Shown here in pieces: positions 25,955 to 39,709 of a DNA stretch of 64,000 bases (its first letter is position 1; every line of letters starts with the position of its first letter). The DNA comes from Lytechinus pictus (lineage: Eukaryota): NCBI RefSeq assembly GCF_037042905.1, contig NC_087246.1, forward strand, positions 6,946,001-7,010,000. Reading direction: 5' to 3'. The notes beneath the pieces are model-generated. The model was given only the letters and a program-made list of their open reading frames with translations. It was not told where the DNA came from and did no database searches. Made by a program: the position numbers and the translations under genes.

Positions 25955-26603
25955 GACATCGGTCATCTGAACCGTTGTATCGGTCAATTTTGGTTTTAAA
26001 AAATCGATTATGAGATTTTTGCAGAAAATGAAAGTACAAGTCCTACTCTATTCATAACTGAATTTCTAGGCAGCAATTTATATCATTTTCTGAGATATGA
26101 GAGGATTTTCATGGCAATGCCATACAAATTTTAATAAAATGCACAAATCCCATTAGAAACATGTACTTTAACAGAGCGATACAACGTTTTGACTGACCGC
26201 GATTTCAATGCGCGCGGTCAACCAAACTGTTGTATTGGCACTGGGCACTACATTGACTTTGCACGTAAAAAGTGATACGACGTTTTGACTGATCACGCGC
26301 ATTGAAATCGCGGTCAGTCAAAACGTACTGCGTTTTCCCTATGGCCTTTTTGTACAGGGAAAATCTAATTCGCTCAAACCAAAATTTTGTGATATTGTCT
26401 TGGATTCTTAGTTTTGTGTAAAACTAAAGATACCAATGTCAAGCAGTTTTCTTGGTCTTTCCAAACGGGTGTTTTCTAGCAATGAATATGTTACAAGGCT
26501 GGGGAACTAAGTGTGAAAATTAGAGTAAACTGTGAAGTCGATTTTCTATGAAATGGGTTTAGACCGTCGTATGTGTGATACGATGGTTCGGATGACCGCC
26601 GAC
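25955..26603. mobile_element. Non-autonomous TIR DNA element with internal copies of its terminal motif
   Basis: Left cggtcatctgaaccgttgtatc is inverted relative to right gatacgatggttcggatgaccg. Internal perfect 31 bp inverted repeat at 26184-26214 / 26296-26326. Exact ends and superfamily not resolved. Confidence 0.7.
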
Positions 26604-29308
26604 AATATTGCACTCCAAATGATGTATTTCTTTTCTTATGTCAATAAGAAATGAGTGGTTTTGTATCGCTCTTGCAATTAATTGTAATATAGTGTAAAGC
26701 TTTTTAAGGCATCTTAAGATAAGGTTTGGTAGAAGCAACATGTTGAGTTTGGATGAGTGTGTATAAGCATTAGAGTGAGCAGACACTGCACTCTGATAGT
26801 CTTCATAATGAATTCATAATGTGACAATTTATGCCCGGCTCCCAAGAGTGAATGGTGAATGAAAAATGGAAGGAGATGCCTTTTAGCTTGCTGAGAAAAA
26901 TTATGGAAGATGGTCGGAAGATAAGGCATAATGCAATAGCCATGGGGGGTGTTGGTAGCCTAGGAGACGTCACTCCTCAGCATAGGCTTGAGATCGTAAT
27001 CCTCAAAATGGCAACACGAAATAAGAGGAATAGGAAGATACACTTAGATTAATATCTTACAGGACCCATTGATCCAATACGATAAGGCCTCTTCTGAGCC
27101 CAACAGTGTTACTCTCATGACACCAATCTAACACATTCATTGGGAGGGGAGAGGGATTGAGATGGGATCCAGAGGGGGAGGAGAATGGCTGTGAAAGGAA
27201 GGTCAAGGAAATAATTTATTTCAAATACATAAAAGATGACTTTATTAGTCAAAGAGAAGATATAAAATCAGAATTCAAATGCAAAAATGAGTTTACACAA
27301 CTTGTTCAATGCAAAGGGGGCAAATTATTTACTGCTCAAAGAGGAAAAATATTTTCTGTTCGGGCTGGTATGAATGTGGTATAAATGTGGAAATTGATTT
27401 TAAAGTCTGAACAACTTCCGTAAATTTACTTGTGTTTTGGTGATGGAGTCGGTCTGAATACACGTTTTGAAGGATAGGAAGATGCTGGAGGTGATTATGA
27501 CCAAACTGAAAGGAGAAGAAGCTAAAAGTGATTTGACTGATGATGTAGGATGATAGTTTACCTGCTTGCCAGCAAAGCGTACATCCCTTTCTAGAAGGCT
27601 TTTGAAACATAAATGCAGAGGAGGCAAAAAAACCCACCACAAATCAGATTGGTGAGGGAGATAAAGATGTTTCCGTTCCCGTAAAAGTAAGTCGGTGAAG
27701 ACATGGATGGCGAATGTCGGGAGCACTCCATTTGGGGGCAATCCCATCTCTATGATCATCATTTGGCTTTTTGTGGCAAGGCCGGGGACTCGCAAGTGCT
27801 TGAAGGTAGATTAGGGCTGCATTATCTTGTCAGAATATCTTGCTGCTTCAGGAGATAAAGTATCTATCAGTCACAACACAAGAAGGACAAACCAGAGTGC
27901 ATCTTCAAACTGTTGCTATGGATACAGGAGGATAGCCATTCTCAATTCTATACCAATAAAATAATTTGGAAAAATAACTATTCAAGGCTTCCTTAGGATT
28001 TTGCAGGTATACATTTTGGAGTATTAATAATTCCTGAAAAGTTAAGTCATGATGGCAAGACACCAGATGTAGATTTTTATTATGGTTATGGTATTCTTTG
28101 GATTAATAAATATAGAGCAAGAGAGCTTTTTCAACTTTTAACTGCCATCTTGATGATTAGATGAATAGTCAGCTTGGTGCAACTGATATGCCTACCCAAA
28201 TGAGACTGACTCAAATTACAGTTTTTCATGATATCTTAAAGATGGTCATTGCTGCTTAAAATTTTACACAATTTAGTTCAAACATTTTTGCTCATATAAT
28301 ATATAGGCTTTTTTTATAATTTTAAGCAGTTAATTTTTTTTCTTCATGAATAGAAGTTTCCTCATTTCATTTTGATTTTTTTCAATCTTCTCTGATTCTG
28401 AAACCAGTTCAAACCATGCCCTTTTCCAATGGGACATTTTTTTAAAGCAATAATTTTATACCACTTCAATCTCATTCTTTCTGATCACATCCATAAAATC
28501 TGTTTATGACTAGCCATTAAATGAAGTATGAGAATGATTTCTGCAGTAATTGGCTTATAAAACTTGTTTATTATCAAGAATGAATGACCATGATTGTCTG
28601 CAGATGTGGAGAGAATATATCTAACATGTTGGTTAAGTATAGTAGATCACAGAGGGTAAATAGTTTGGAGGGGAAAATCTAAGGTAAGGAGAAAAGAGAG
28701 CAGCATTATAAGAAATGAGAAATGAAGCGATTGGTGTGGTATCAACAGAGAGAAAATTGCCCCCAAATTACCTTCTTTGACCCCAAAATTTTGAGTCATT
28801 TTTCAAGCAAATTGGACATGATGGAGCAAATCAAAGAGATTGGTGGGTGGGCTCAGTAAGCTAGGAAGTTTTAAATAAGTGGGATTCAGAGAAAGGAAGC
28901 AATGACAGAGAAAGGTTGTAATAGTCAGAAAGTGTATGGAAGTGAATGTATAGAAAGGAAAAGTGTGTGTGTTTGTGTGTGAGATAAAAGCAGATGAAGA
29001 GATGGAAGGATGAAAGAAAAGAAAGGGGTGTAAACGCCATATATTTAAAGAGGAAATAAAGTTTCTACGAGGGCACAAAAATTGCATCTTTTAAAATGAT
29101 GATCAGAGACAGTTGGTTAATGGGATTCTTTTATTGTCCAACAACAACAACCAATACCTAGAGGGTGGCCCTGCCCTACCCTCCCTGGAAAGTGATAACC
29201 ACACTTTAAAAAGGAGTCATGAAGATAGAAGTCAATTGAAAATGGGTTTAGGACTGGATATGATGGGTGCAACTTTAGAGTCTGGTGCACTGAAAAAAAA
29301 AAACCAAT

Positions 29309-29706
29309 AGGGCCGTCTGCACCATCCCGAGTTTTCAAATTAGCGCGCTATTTTTGATCCGGCAAATTATCCCGATCTGAACAATCTCGAGATTATTTGC
29401 AATGGAGACGCAATTATCGCGCTAGTTTGTAGGATTAATCTCGAGATTGTAATCCCAAGTCAACCTGGGATTATTTGCAAAATAGCGCGTTATTTTACGA
29501 ATTATCGCGCTAATTTGTAGGTGCAGACGCACTCGGGATTGTTTATTCACGGCGTCAGACCATAATGCATCGATGCCTCGCTCGAGCAGGAATCACTCTT
29601 GCGATGGTGAAGACGGGGTTTCATGAATCTCGAGATTAATCGCGAAGAGGGCCGATCGGGCTAAAATCTCGAGATTGGGCAAACTCGGGATGGTGCAGCA
29701 CCGCCT
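29309..29706. mobile_element. CpG-rich MITE, PIF/Harbinger group (ISL2EU-like, AT target)
   Basis: AT|agggccgtctgcaccatcccgagttt ... aaactcgggatggtgcagcaccgcct|AT; four internal copies of the palindrome aatctcgagatt. Confidence 0.8.
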
Positions 29707-30134
29707 ATTGATTTGTTTCTGTTAGTGTACTGCAAAGGTTAAAAGTGCCCTTAGGGAGATAGGGAGGGGTTAACAGGGGTTGTTGTCCAACTAATGCCAT
29801 GCATGGAGGGGGCACAGCACATTATTCAAGAAGTATTTTTAATCATTATCTGTCATTTTTTATGATGATCATATGAACAATAATTATGATAATATCCTCT
29901 TTCTTCCCAAATTATTTTCATGTTACTGTAGGAGCGGCTGAACATAATGCAGGCCTAATGTTTTGTTATATTTTGGGTGTTTAACAATTTTGCCTTTGAG
30001 GCTTGTAAAATAACATCATCTGGAGGGATGTGTATTCACAGTATTGTAACACTGTACAGCAGATGCTGCTAGCAAGATATCAAAGATAACGGCCATTCAT
30101 CTTGGTATCTTTAACATCAAGAAATTATGTTGAA

Positions 30135-30607
30135 AGGGAAATATTTACCCTGAGTCCCTGACAAATGGCAACGATATGTTGATTTTAATAAAAAGAAAAT
30201 TATGAAAAAAAATATTGGTGAGTTATGAGTTTTTAGAGTTTCTAATTCATGACGTCATATCCAAGCAGCTCCCCCATAGATCATGTAATATCAATTCCAT
30301 AAATACTATTTTTTAATGGAACGTGATGAATGAAATTATTTTTCTTATAGAATCAGTTATGAAATGATGCGTCTTGTGATATATATACCCAGCTCAAATA
30401 AAATCACAAGTTTTTGAGAAAGTGTCATTGAAAAAATACCATACTATAAATATAGGAGTTGCTCATCTATAATGTCACAAAACCAAATGTTTAAATATCT
30501 GCAAATCATAACTCTTTTATTCTTTAACTGATTTTTATCAAACAATAAATTTCTTTAATTTTTCTGCCTTTATTAAAACGAACTTATTGTCAAGGTGAAC
30601 TTCCCTT
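30135..30607. mobile_element. Old MITE, Kolobok-like (TTAA-type ends)
   Basis: aagggaaatatttaccctga ... tcaaggtgaacttcccttttaa; internal inverted pair tgacgtcata..agcagctccc / ggagttgctc..taatgtcaca. Confidence 0.6.
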
Positions 30608-30850
30608 TTAATGTATTATCCACTGCAATTCCTTTGTGAAAATGGAAAGAAAGGCAAGAATGAGCTCTTGAAATCTGCCAGAGAGGGATGCAGCACATAA
30701 CAAATATCACATCCAACAATACATTAGCCTGAAGAAAGAACAGATCTGCTGTGATTATAGAAACTTGAAGACCTGAAGTAATGATGGAGAGATTAGATGG
30801 TCTGAATTGCTACTGTCTATGACTTCATTTAACTCTCAATTTTGCATCAA

Positions 30851-31224
30851 ATTAGGCAGTGAGTGAGTATTTGAAAAGACATCGGCACAGTCAATCTTTC
30901 CTTCAATGATGACTTATTTTCACTACAAAGATCCCTTAAAGCCAGTTTCTTAATTGGCACGGCCTGCAGGGAATGAAAGGAAATTTTTAATATCAAGAAT
31001 GCATATATTATCTTGCTTGTTGATTGGGTTGAGGGATTAGGCAGTGAGTGAGTATTTGAAAAGACATCGGCACAGTCAATCTTTCCTTCAATGATGACTT
31101 ATTTTCACTACAAAGATCCCTTAAAGCCAGTTTCTTAATTGGCACGGCCTGCAGGGAATGAAAGGAAATTTTTAATAACAAGAATGCATATATTATCTTG
31201 CTTGTTGATTGGGTTGAGGGATTA
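30851..31224 (+). repeat. Head-to-tail tandem duplication, 185 bp unit x2
   Basis: 30851-31035 and 31036-31220 are identical apart from one substitution seen (aatatcaag vs aataacaag); ATTA microhomology at the junctions. Confidence 0.95.
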
Positions 31225-33969
31225 TTTGTAAGCAGCTCATCCATATAGGATGTTAGTATCCTTATCCATTGAACCTCAATTTAAATTGGACTGTCCATCT
31301 TAATCTACTATTACAATAATATATAAATGAAGAGGCCCACCTGAATCTAAGATGCTATTATTTCATTTCATGTTTGTGAGAAACAAAAATAAGTTGCCTC
31401 AGTCGAGAAATTTGAACTGTATATCTATGTGTGAAGGAAAATAATTCTCTGGCCTTTGTATGGTGCTACTAAAATCAGCACTAGCATAATCACAGACTTT
31501 TTTTATCCATTTACACCCAATTGATGATGAATCCCTGAAAAGCATCAAAAAACGCAATTTGATATTTATTGAATGCAATGTTAGTGACAACAAAAATGTA
31601 AGAGGGGAGGTAGACCCAGAAAAAAACTGTTTGCCTTGTGAATCTTATTTGATGCTAATCATCCTTTTTTATCTGTTGTAATTTTTCCACATCAGATGTA
31701 TCTCTTACGTTTTGTATAACAGCATTAGACTCATCAAAGCAAAAACAATAGTTGCAGCCACCTCCTAGAATATATGCTGCTAGCACTTACCCTGAATATA
31801 CAATCACAATATTAGTCATGGATATTGGAGCTATATATGCCATTGAAATAGTAATACGGTATTACCCTAGTTTGATTAATAAATCCAAGCAGTCCTTTTA
31901 TATGGATCTATGCCAGCTCTTTCAATTATCAAGGGATTGTTTCACATCCATCATCATATAATCCCATTTATTCATTTAATCCCTCTCTAAACCTTCTTTG
32001 TGGTTAGTCTGTGTTTGTGTTGTAACCAAGTTTAATCAGCATCATTGTTTTTTATGGGTGTGTTTAATCATTTTTGTTTTAACTAGAATAAAACAGACCT
32101 GCATTGCAAATCAAAATACAAGTTAATATGGTTACATATTTTGAAGCTGTTTCTTCCTCTTTTGCTACACTGATATATTGCGCATTCTCATATTTAAACT
32201 TGGACAACCTACTCTGATAGACTATGGTTCGGGTGGGTATGTATATCAAGAATTATTTTTTGATGCCTGAACAAGTTATGTAAATTATGGGTATTTTGGT
32301 GATCTAGTCGGTTGGAAAGCACCTTATTTGAAAAATAATTCCTTATTATGATTTTTTTTTAAATATTATTTTCAACTGCAACGTATATTCACCACTGAAA
32401 GTTCTGACCAAATATGATGAAAAATATCATTCTAAAACCATTTTGTCACATGCAGTACTAAAATACTATTGTAAACAATCACAAGAAGAAAGAGATGATC
32501 CTTGACAATAGGAATGAATATGCATATGTTCATTCAAAGGGAATCATGTCTCTAGAAGGGTCACTTTGTGAAAGTCTTATTGCTGATATTTTGTTTAAAT
32601 TGTGTACTTTATAGAGAGGGGGGGGGTTGGAAAGAGAGAGAGGGGGATATATTGATAAATGTCATTATTAAGTCAAACTGAAATCTCTCACCACTCAACT
32701 TTCTCCAATAATGACAATAATATTGTGTACTGGATAGTTTTTTGTTGTTACCTTCATAGTTTTATCTAATAGCACCTCAACGGTTTTCAAATTCTTTTAA
32801 AAGATATTGCTCCAGATAAAATGGAAGGATGCTGCTTTCCTTCACAATTGACAAAAACAAATGAACTGAATGTAGGAAAAACAGGTTTTGATGATCTAAA
32901 ATTCAAAGAGAAAGAAAGCTAAACTTAGCAAACATCAGCACTGCATAACTGACCCAGAAATTGTGCCCGGCCTGATAATGGTGTGGGATACAGAATAAGG
33001 AAATTACATCCTTCACTTTTTGAAGCGCGATGCCTAGATCCCCTTTCAGTTTTTAAAGGATATTAAGAGTTTACCTGAAAGCGTGGATTTACTGGCAAAT
33101 TGAACGTTAGCATGGAAAGTAATATCTCTGTAGATTTAGGAGGGATAAGGGCTGTGGATTAAAAGAAGCAGGCACTTAAGGCTATAGCTTAGCCTAGGTT
33201 TACCAGCAATTACCATAGATATTGGAGGATGATTGTGTTGTCATGGCTTGCTTGTGCACTATACATTGTTTATTTTGTAGGCATTGGTCTACAATTTTCC
33301 TTTCCTTTACTCACTTTTGGTTTGCATTGCATGATCCTTTAAAGAAAAAAAAAAACACCTGAAATCACGTTTGAACCAGGAAGCTATCTGTTTAACTCAC
33401 TTTTTTGCGTGTGTAATGGATGAAGTCATGTTCTTCCCATAATCAAACACTGATTTCATGAGAAAGTCTGTAAACCAGGCTTAATTGTCAGTATATCATC
33501 GAGGATAAACTGAACTTTGTGAAATCTTGAAATCTACACTGAAGATCACCAACACAGATAAGCGCAATTGGGACAGTGTATTATTATTGCCTTGAATGTC
33601 GGCCCGACGCTTGACCCAAATCCTGTGCTTATTTGCTGATTTCTCAGCAATTACACAATTTCTTCCAGAATTCTTTGGCACATATGTTTTATTTATACAA
33701 ACAGACACTTTGGTGGTCATTTCATTGGATTCTGTACGAACTCATTTTGATATCGTTACCACAACTGGCATTTACCTTTAATATGGATAGTTAGTGGTTA
33801 AATTTACCCATTGGCTCCCAGTTGTGTTTTTATGAAATGCTTTCCCCCTTTTTAAAGTCAAATAGAAGTTATTTTCCATTGCTCCCCAAAAATTAATTAT
33901 ATTCATACTTTTGTGTTAATTTGTCTCCCTTGTTACAAAATAAGTTCAGCAGTAATTATCTTACACTTT

Positions 33970-34257
33970 AAATCAATAGTCAATCCTATTTTTACATTCT
34001 TGGAGGACAAAGTTTGAATAAACATAATTTGATATGATAAAATAAAAAACGATAAATTGGGAGATGGCATCATCAGCTTGCTAATTGCAAATTCATGAAG
34101 ACATGTATAGAATTGTTCACCAAAATGATGAAAAAAAATTAAATGTCAGAACTTTGCTATTATCTGATTTTGTTGAAGTTTCATCGATTTGTCTGATTTT
34201 ATTCTGTTAAAAACTTATATGTTCGAATAAAATGATTTTCGGCCTGGATTATCCTTT
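33970..34257. mobile_element. Degraded MITE remnant, Kolobok-like right end
   Basis: Ends ...ggcctggattatcctttaa; the body resembles the 30135-30607 element in style; left end is poorly defined. Confidence 0.4.
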
Positions 34258-35099
34258 AAGTGTATACAAAGTATATCCTTAGAATACTTTTCACTTTGTA
34301 ACTTTAATAAACAATTACATATTCTGTACCATTGAATAATTCCCAAAGGATTAAGATGATATTTTCACTAGCTCTTATGCCAGTTGGTGTTTCCTTCATC
34401 TCTGTGTTACAAGTAGTTTGGATTTGAGATTAAAGTCACACTTACACTAAAATGTTTTTAGATTCCTTTTAAATGAAGTATTAACAACTAACAAAGAAAA
34501 TTTTATGACAGAAAATTGTCTATTGCTGATCTTTTCCTCTCCTAAAATGAAGGGGTTTATGTAATTGCATTTTTTATTAGAAAGATGATATTTGGCTTGA
34601 TTGAAATTCTCAGCAAGATATTTATGCTAAATTTAAGGGAAGACATGGAAGATATGAATCAGAAATTGCTCCTCAGACATATAGACATTCTGAACCTATT
34701 TTTTTCTATGTTTTTATAGTTGGACGGAAGCGTGGCAAAATGGAAAAGTGAAATTGAATAATATATAAGTTGTGTTTCTTATAACTTGTTTTAAAAGATA
34801 GAAACTATTTATTATGCTTAAAATGTCTGTCATGATAGGGTAGTGGCAAAATGTACTGTCAGTGAACCAGTTTGGGGGGCTACAGAGCCCTTTAGAAAAT
34901 CACTACTGGTGTACATTAGACATCACAATTTAAAATCATCAATGGTGATACTTTGTTATTGATTCTATTGTTTAAAAAATGCATGCAAGCATTAATGAGA
35001 TGTATCCAGAGTTGTTTTTGCCATTTCCATCAGATTGAAATCTCAGTTGCCCATGATGCATCAGATGTCATCAACTAAAGTGATCCTTGGCATGGGTTT

Positions 35100-35325
35100 C
35101 AGGAGATGGATAAGGGGCTGGGAGGAGGGATGGGGAGGAGGAGTGGGGATGACAGGGGGAAGAGGAAGGGAAAGAGAGGGCAGGGAAGGTGGGGGGAAGG
35201 CAGAGTCAAGTAGGAAATGACTAACTTGGAGGAAAGAAGGGAGAGTTGTTGGGAATGGGAGGGGAAGGGGAAAAGAGAGGAATGGAGAAAGATGATGGGG
35301 AAAGGAGGATGAATAGATGAATAGT
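35100..35325. repeat. Polypurine (G/A-rich) low-complexity tract
   Basis: Seen directly. Confidence 0.8.
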
Positions 35326-35979
35326 GAAAATGCATATTTCAGAAAACTCCTGTGTTTAAATAGTTTGAAAGATCAGAAACTTATTCATTGTGATTTTTAT
35401 TTTATCTACCTTTTAGGATATCTGTATGAGATGGCATAATTATTATATCCATGATTTATAGTGAATGTAATTCAGTGTCATTATTTGAAATGAGCATAAT
35501 AGCTTCGTTGGCATTGTACCCTGCAGCAAGATTTCTGCCATCTATATGCAGAACTCTTGTTTTGTTATCTTTATTTAAAGGACTTGGTATATGCCTCTCA
35601 AAGAGGAGGGAGAGATGTCATCAAAATTGAAATCTAGATATTGACAATACAATTACTGTATCTCTGTATTTGACCCTTCATCTATAATTACTTGAGTATA
35701 ACTTAAAATATGCATGACTTTCTTCTTTCTTAGCAATCAGCTGTCACAGATTGGGATGGGATTTGAGAGGGTTTCTAAAGCAATCTGGAGTGCATTTTAA
35801 ATTAAATCTGGGAATTTTGTCAGAAAGATACATTTCCCAGTAACTTCTGGGGCATAGATTGATGAGGTTTCCAAGTACACATCCACTTACCCCATTCATT
35901 TGGCCTTGTTTTATTTTCAATCTCCTCGGTAAGAGATCATATTTGTCTATTTGGATAATGATTCTGCTGCTTCAGATTA

Positions 35980-36279
35980 TAATGATAATAACTATAAAAA
36001 CAGTTCTTGTATAGCGCATATTACATTATGATATGATAGCGTTCCTATGCGCTTCCAAAGGACTTGGATATTATTACCCTGGCTTTAGCCCGCAGCCTTT
36101 TGCAGCGCGGAAGCATTTCAAGGAGTAAATTCCCGTCAGATACCCATTAATCTCACCTGGGTTGAGTGCATCACATGTGGATCAATTTCTTGCTGAAGGA
36201 AATTACGCTATGACTGGATTCGAACCCACATCCCTCTGTTTCAAAGTCAGAAAACTAATCCACTGGGCCACAATGCTCT
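35980..36279 (-). mobile_element. tRNA-derived SINE, same family as 7019-7265
   Basis: Reverse complement reads gagcattgtggcccagtggattag..gggttcgaatcc..ttccttcagcaagaaattgatccaca..gcactcaacccaggtgagattaatgggtatc..gctaaagccagggtaata..gcgctatacaagaac, then a (TTA)-rich tail. Confidence 0.85.
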
Positions 36280-36486
36280 ACACACGATAATTATGATGAT
36301 ATCTAACTCTGAGAATGTATATTAGTCAAATCTGGATGATTGCCAGAAATATCATTACATTATTCAAATCTGATGCCATGAATGATTCCTCAAGTCATAA
36401 CCCAATCCCCTCTCATACCTTGATATCACAACACACCATCACCTATATATACCAAGGAGGATCAACAACTTATGCTATGACTTCGG

Positions 36487-36700
36487 GGGTGTTGCAAGAA
36501 AATATTTGCAATCAATTGCAAATATTCTGTTGCAACTTTACAATTGACAGATTAATTTTAAGTGCAACAAATCAGATAACACTGCTTGTTTCAAGAAGCA
36601 GATTAGAAATCAATCACACATTTGCAATTAATTAAAAAATTATGATTGATTTAGGGACTGAAATAAAACCTGAATTGGTCACAAGTTTCTTGCAACGCCC
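36487..36700. mobile_element. Short MITE
   Basis: TIRs gggtgttgcaagaaa / tttcttgcaacgccc; internal ttgcaatcaattgcaa motifs. Confidence 0.65.
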
Positions 36701-38982
36701 ATGCAAGAAACTTGATGTGGTGTGTAAAACTTACCATATAATTGTGATTTTTTGCATTACCAGTCCTCCCCCCCCCCCCCCCAGCTTTCAAAACCATTCC
36801 CCAGCCCTTGGCATAGATAGGTCAACTTGAACACTGTTCTCACTGCATATTTCTATTTTATTATCTGAAGTTAATTTGTGTATAATAGGTCAAGTTGTAA
36901 TAGTGATCTAATGTTAAAATGAAATGCTGTACTCTCTTCTTATTTTGGTTTAAAAGGGATAAAAATGAAACGTATGTGGATTCTGCTTTTAGAGAAATGG
37001 AAAGAGATGAGTACTTTGGACTTGATAATTTTGTTATGAATTTCTGAACAGGCTGAAGCCCTGTTGCAGAAATGAGTATTCAAGATTTTGACAGATGTTG
37101 GGCTCTAGTCAATAGCTTTGCTTCAAGCATCCTTCTATGGAGGATTTATATTTCATAATTTCTATGTCATCTGAAGTGCTTATTAACCTCTCCAAACTGA
37201 CAAGTTCTCTCTACCATCTCTTGCTATTGCCTCCTCAAGATGGAGAGCGCTTGTTGCCATGGTGATACAGTAGAAGCCGGAGGCTCAACCTTTGGGAGGG
37301 TTTGAGTGAGAGGGATCAGAAGCTAGGGTAATCCAGCAGACCTGCTCATTTGTCTGAGTGATGACACCTTTTTATTAGCGACAGCCAACAGCGACGATTA
37401 TATGGATTAGGGGATTGTCTCACTTGGCATGGATGGGGGCTTAGTGTAGCTTTACCTAGGAGGCTCTCACCCTTGGGGAGCTGCACCATCTGCGCGGTGT
37501 GTGGCGAGGCCGGTCCTGTTTTCGCTGCTGAGCTGAGAGGACAGATCCCGTCCCAGAATGGATTTCAGCTTCTCAGCGAGTCGTCGACTAGCGATTTATT
37601 TTAATGAGTTATGGTATCCAGTCATTGGCCTGCAGAGAAGTAATGCCAGTGGGTCAGCTATGGTAACTAGAGGGCATCCCTTGAGATGTAGCAATCTTTG
37701 CACTATATTAAAGGAAGGGGGGGCTGCTGTTCATGTTTTTGGGTGCTCGTCCAGAATACTCATCCCTTGCATTATCCAACCAAATGCTTTAAGTGAGGAT
37801 AATTCTCGGCGACACAACGGTTGCACTTTTTGGAATCAATACTGCAGCGGCTAATTACGCCTTTCCTCCCTTGCGAGCCTGAGACAGTTGTCCGAAATGA
37901 AATGCTCAAGAGAGCAGTGCGACAAGAGCCCTCAAGTGCCAGAGAGCGACAATACACGACTGTGTCCCCATATCACACTCAAGCCCTATTTGACAAGATA
38001 AAGCTCGTTCACAGACAGTCGTAGGCTTGTAATCCTTTGATCCAAGTAGTAAAGTCACCTAGCTTTGTCCTGGCTAATCTGACCAAATTTGTTAAATCAT
38101 GTTGATTTATTTGGCGAATTTTCCTCTGCGGAAACCCTCAATAATTCCCCGCTGTTATTCCTTCTGTTAGCTATGTCCTGTCAAGAAAGCCCCAATGAAG
38201 TCATAATGATATTAGCGCCAATAACGTTGGATTTTGTTTTCTTTGCAGCAAGCAAACGCAGCAGGGCTTGAGTATTAACTCATTTTGATGGGGGAGGTTG
38301 TTCTCAATCAGGCTAGCTGTACAAATTCACTGTGACAGCTGTTGTTGATACAGTCAGATCCTAATGGAGGGGGTCTCTTCATGTCCTCTTCACAATCCTG
38401 AGGAAAATAATTTTCTGTTGCTTTTTAAAATCAAGTCTTTCTTTAGAAAGATACCAATCATTGGAAAATACTCACATTTTGTCTTCATAGTCACTATCCT
38501 TAATGAGCATAAGATTTGATTTTGCATATGTCATGCCTTCTTAGAGCTATTAAATTTTTGTTTGTAGGGAGAATCTTGAGGCACCCGACATCCCTACCAC
38601 CGATATTTTCACCAACAGACCATTAGAGCCTTGAGCATTATTGCTCTGTCATAATTGCAAATTAGTCCCTGTTTCCGTCCCCCTACCGAGACCTTAATTC
38701 GACCCTGTCAAATTTAACATTCGTTTCCCCAAAAGCAACATGCAGGATTGCAGCACAGTTTGTGTTCTCCAGTTTCATTCAGATATTTTTCCGATATATT
38801 TCAGATGAAGTGTTAGAAAGTTTTTTAAAGCTTTCTTTGCCTGAATTATTATAATTGAGTATCAGTCAGTTTTTCTTTGAATTGTATCTCTATTTATGAC
38901 TTACACAAGAGCTTCAGAGAGTATATGGGTTTGGCCTGTACGGTAGAAGTATGAATGGTACAGGTAATGTATTTAATCTATA

Positions 38983-39709
38983 CAGTCCGACCTCTCTTAT
39001 CCGGACACGTTGGGACCAGCACCAATCCGGATAAGGGATTTATCCGGATCTGGGAGACCCAATATTAAATACATGCAGCTGCTGCCTGCCCAACATTAAC
39101 GGCGGTGGCTACACGTTATTTATTGTAGTGGGCGTACAGACAGTATTCACTGCAGTGTCAGTGCAAATTATAGGCGGTATTTTTACGGAAATGAAATCGA
39201 TCGATGGCCAAAACTGTTGGATAGTTTACCTGCTAACATGATTGAGCATACCTCGAAAGAGAATGAAAGTTTTACAATTAGATCATCGCGGTGGGTATCG
39301 CAGCTTCCCAATGTCAGCCATTGTTATACTGACTGTAGGCTCAAACATGATAGATGGCGCTGTCCGTATTGAAGCCTAGCGTTAGCTAGCGAGACACGCA
39401 TTGTTTTTCCCGGGAAACGAAAAGAGAACGTGATGAAATGTTTGCGCTGCGCCCTGATTTACTGGAAAATTATCCTGCCTAAATTCTTTCAGTGATTTTC
39501 ATGAAAAATAATGTTGTAGGTAGACTATATTGGAAAATAATTAATATATGTAATCAAAGTGAGTTTGCGCATAGGATTGGGTTTAGATTGAAATCTCATT
39601 TCCTCACATACTAGATTGAATTGAAAAAAAAAAAAAAATCTCGGCAATTGTGCGTCCGGATAATAGAGAGATCCGGATAAGGGGAGGCCGGATAAGAGAG
39701 GTCGGACTG
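38983..39709. mobile_element. Tc1/mariner (pogo/Tigger-like) MITE
   Basis: Perfect 22 bp TIRs cagtccgacctctcttatccgg / ccggataagagaggtcggactg with TA on both sides; repeated subterminal tccggataa motifs; CpGs retained. Confidence 0.92.

Noticed and set aside
34720..34747. Possible small exon (GRKRGKME) after a good pyrimidine tract and AG
   Set aside because: The donor (GTGAAA) is weak and the 28 nt length would break the phase-1 link between the exons at 25319 and 46053; RNA-seq would settle it.
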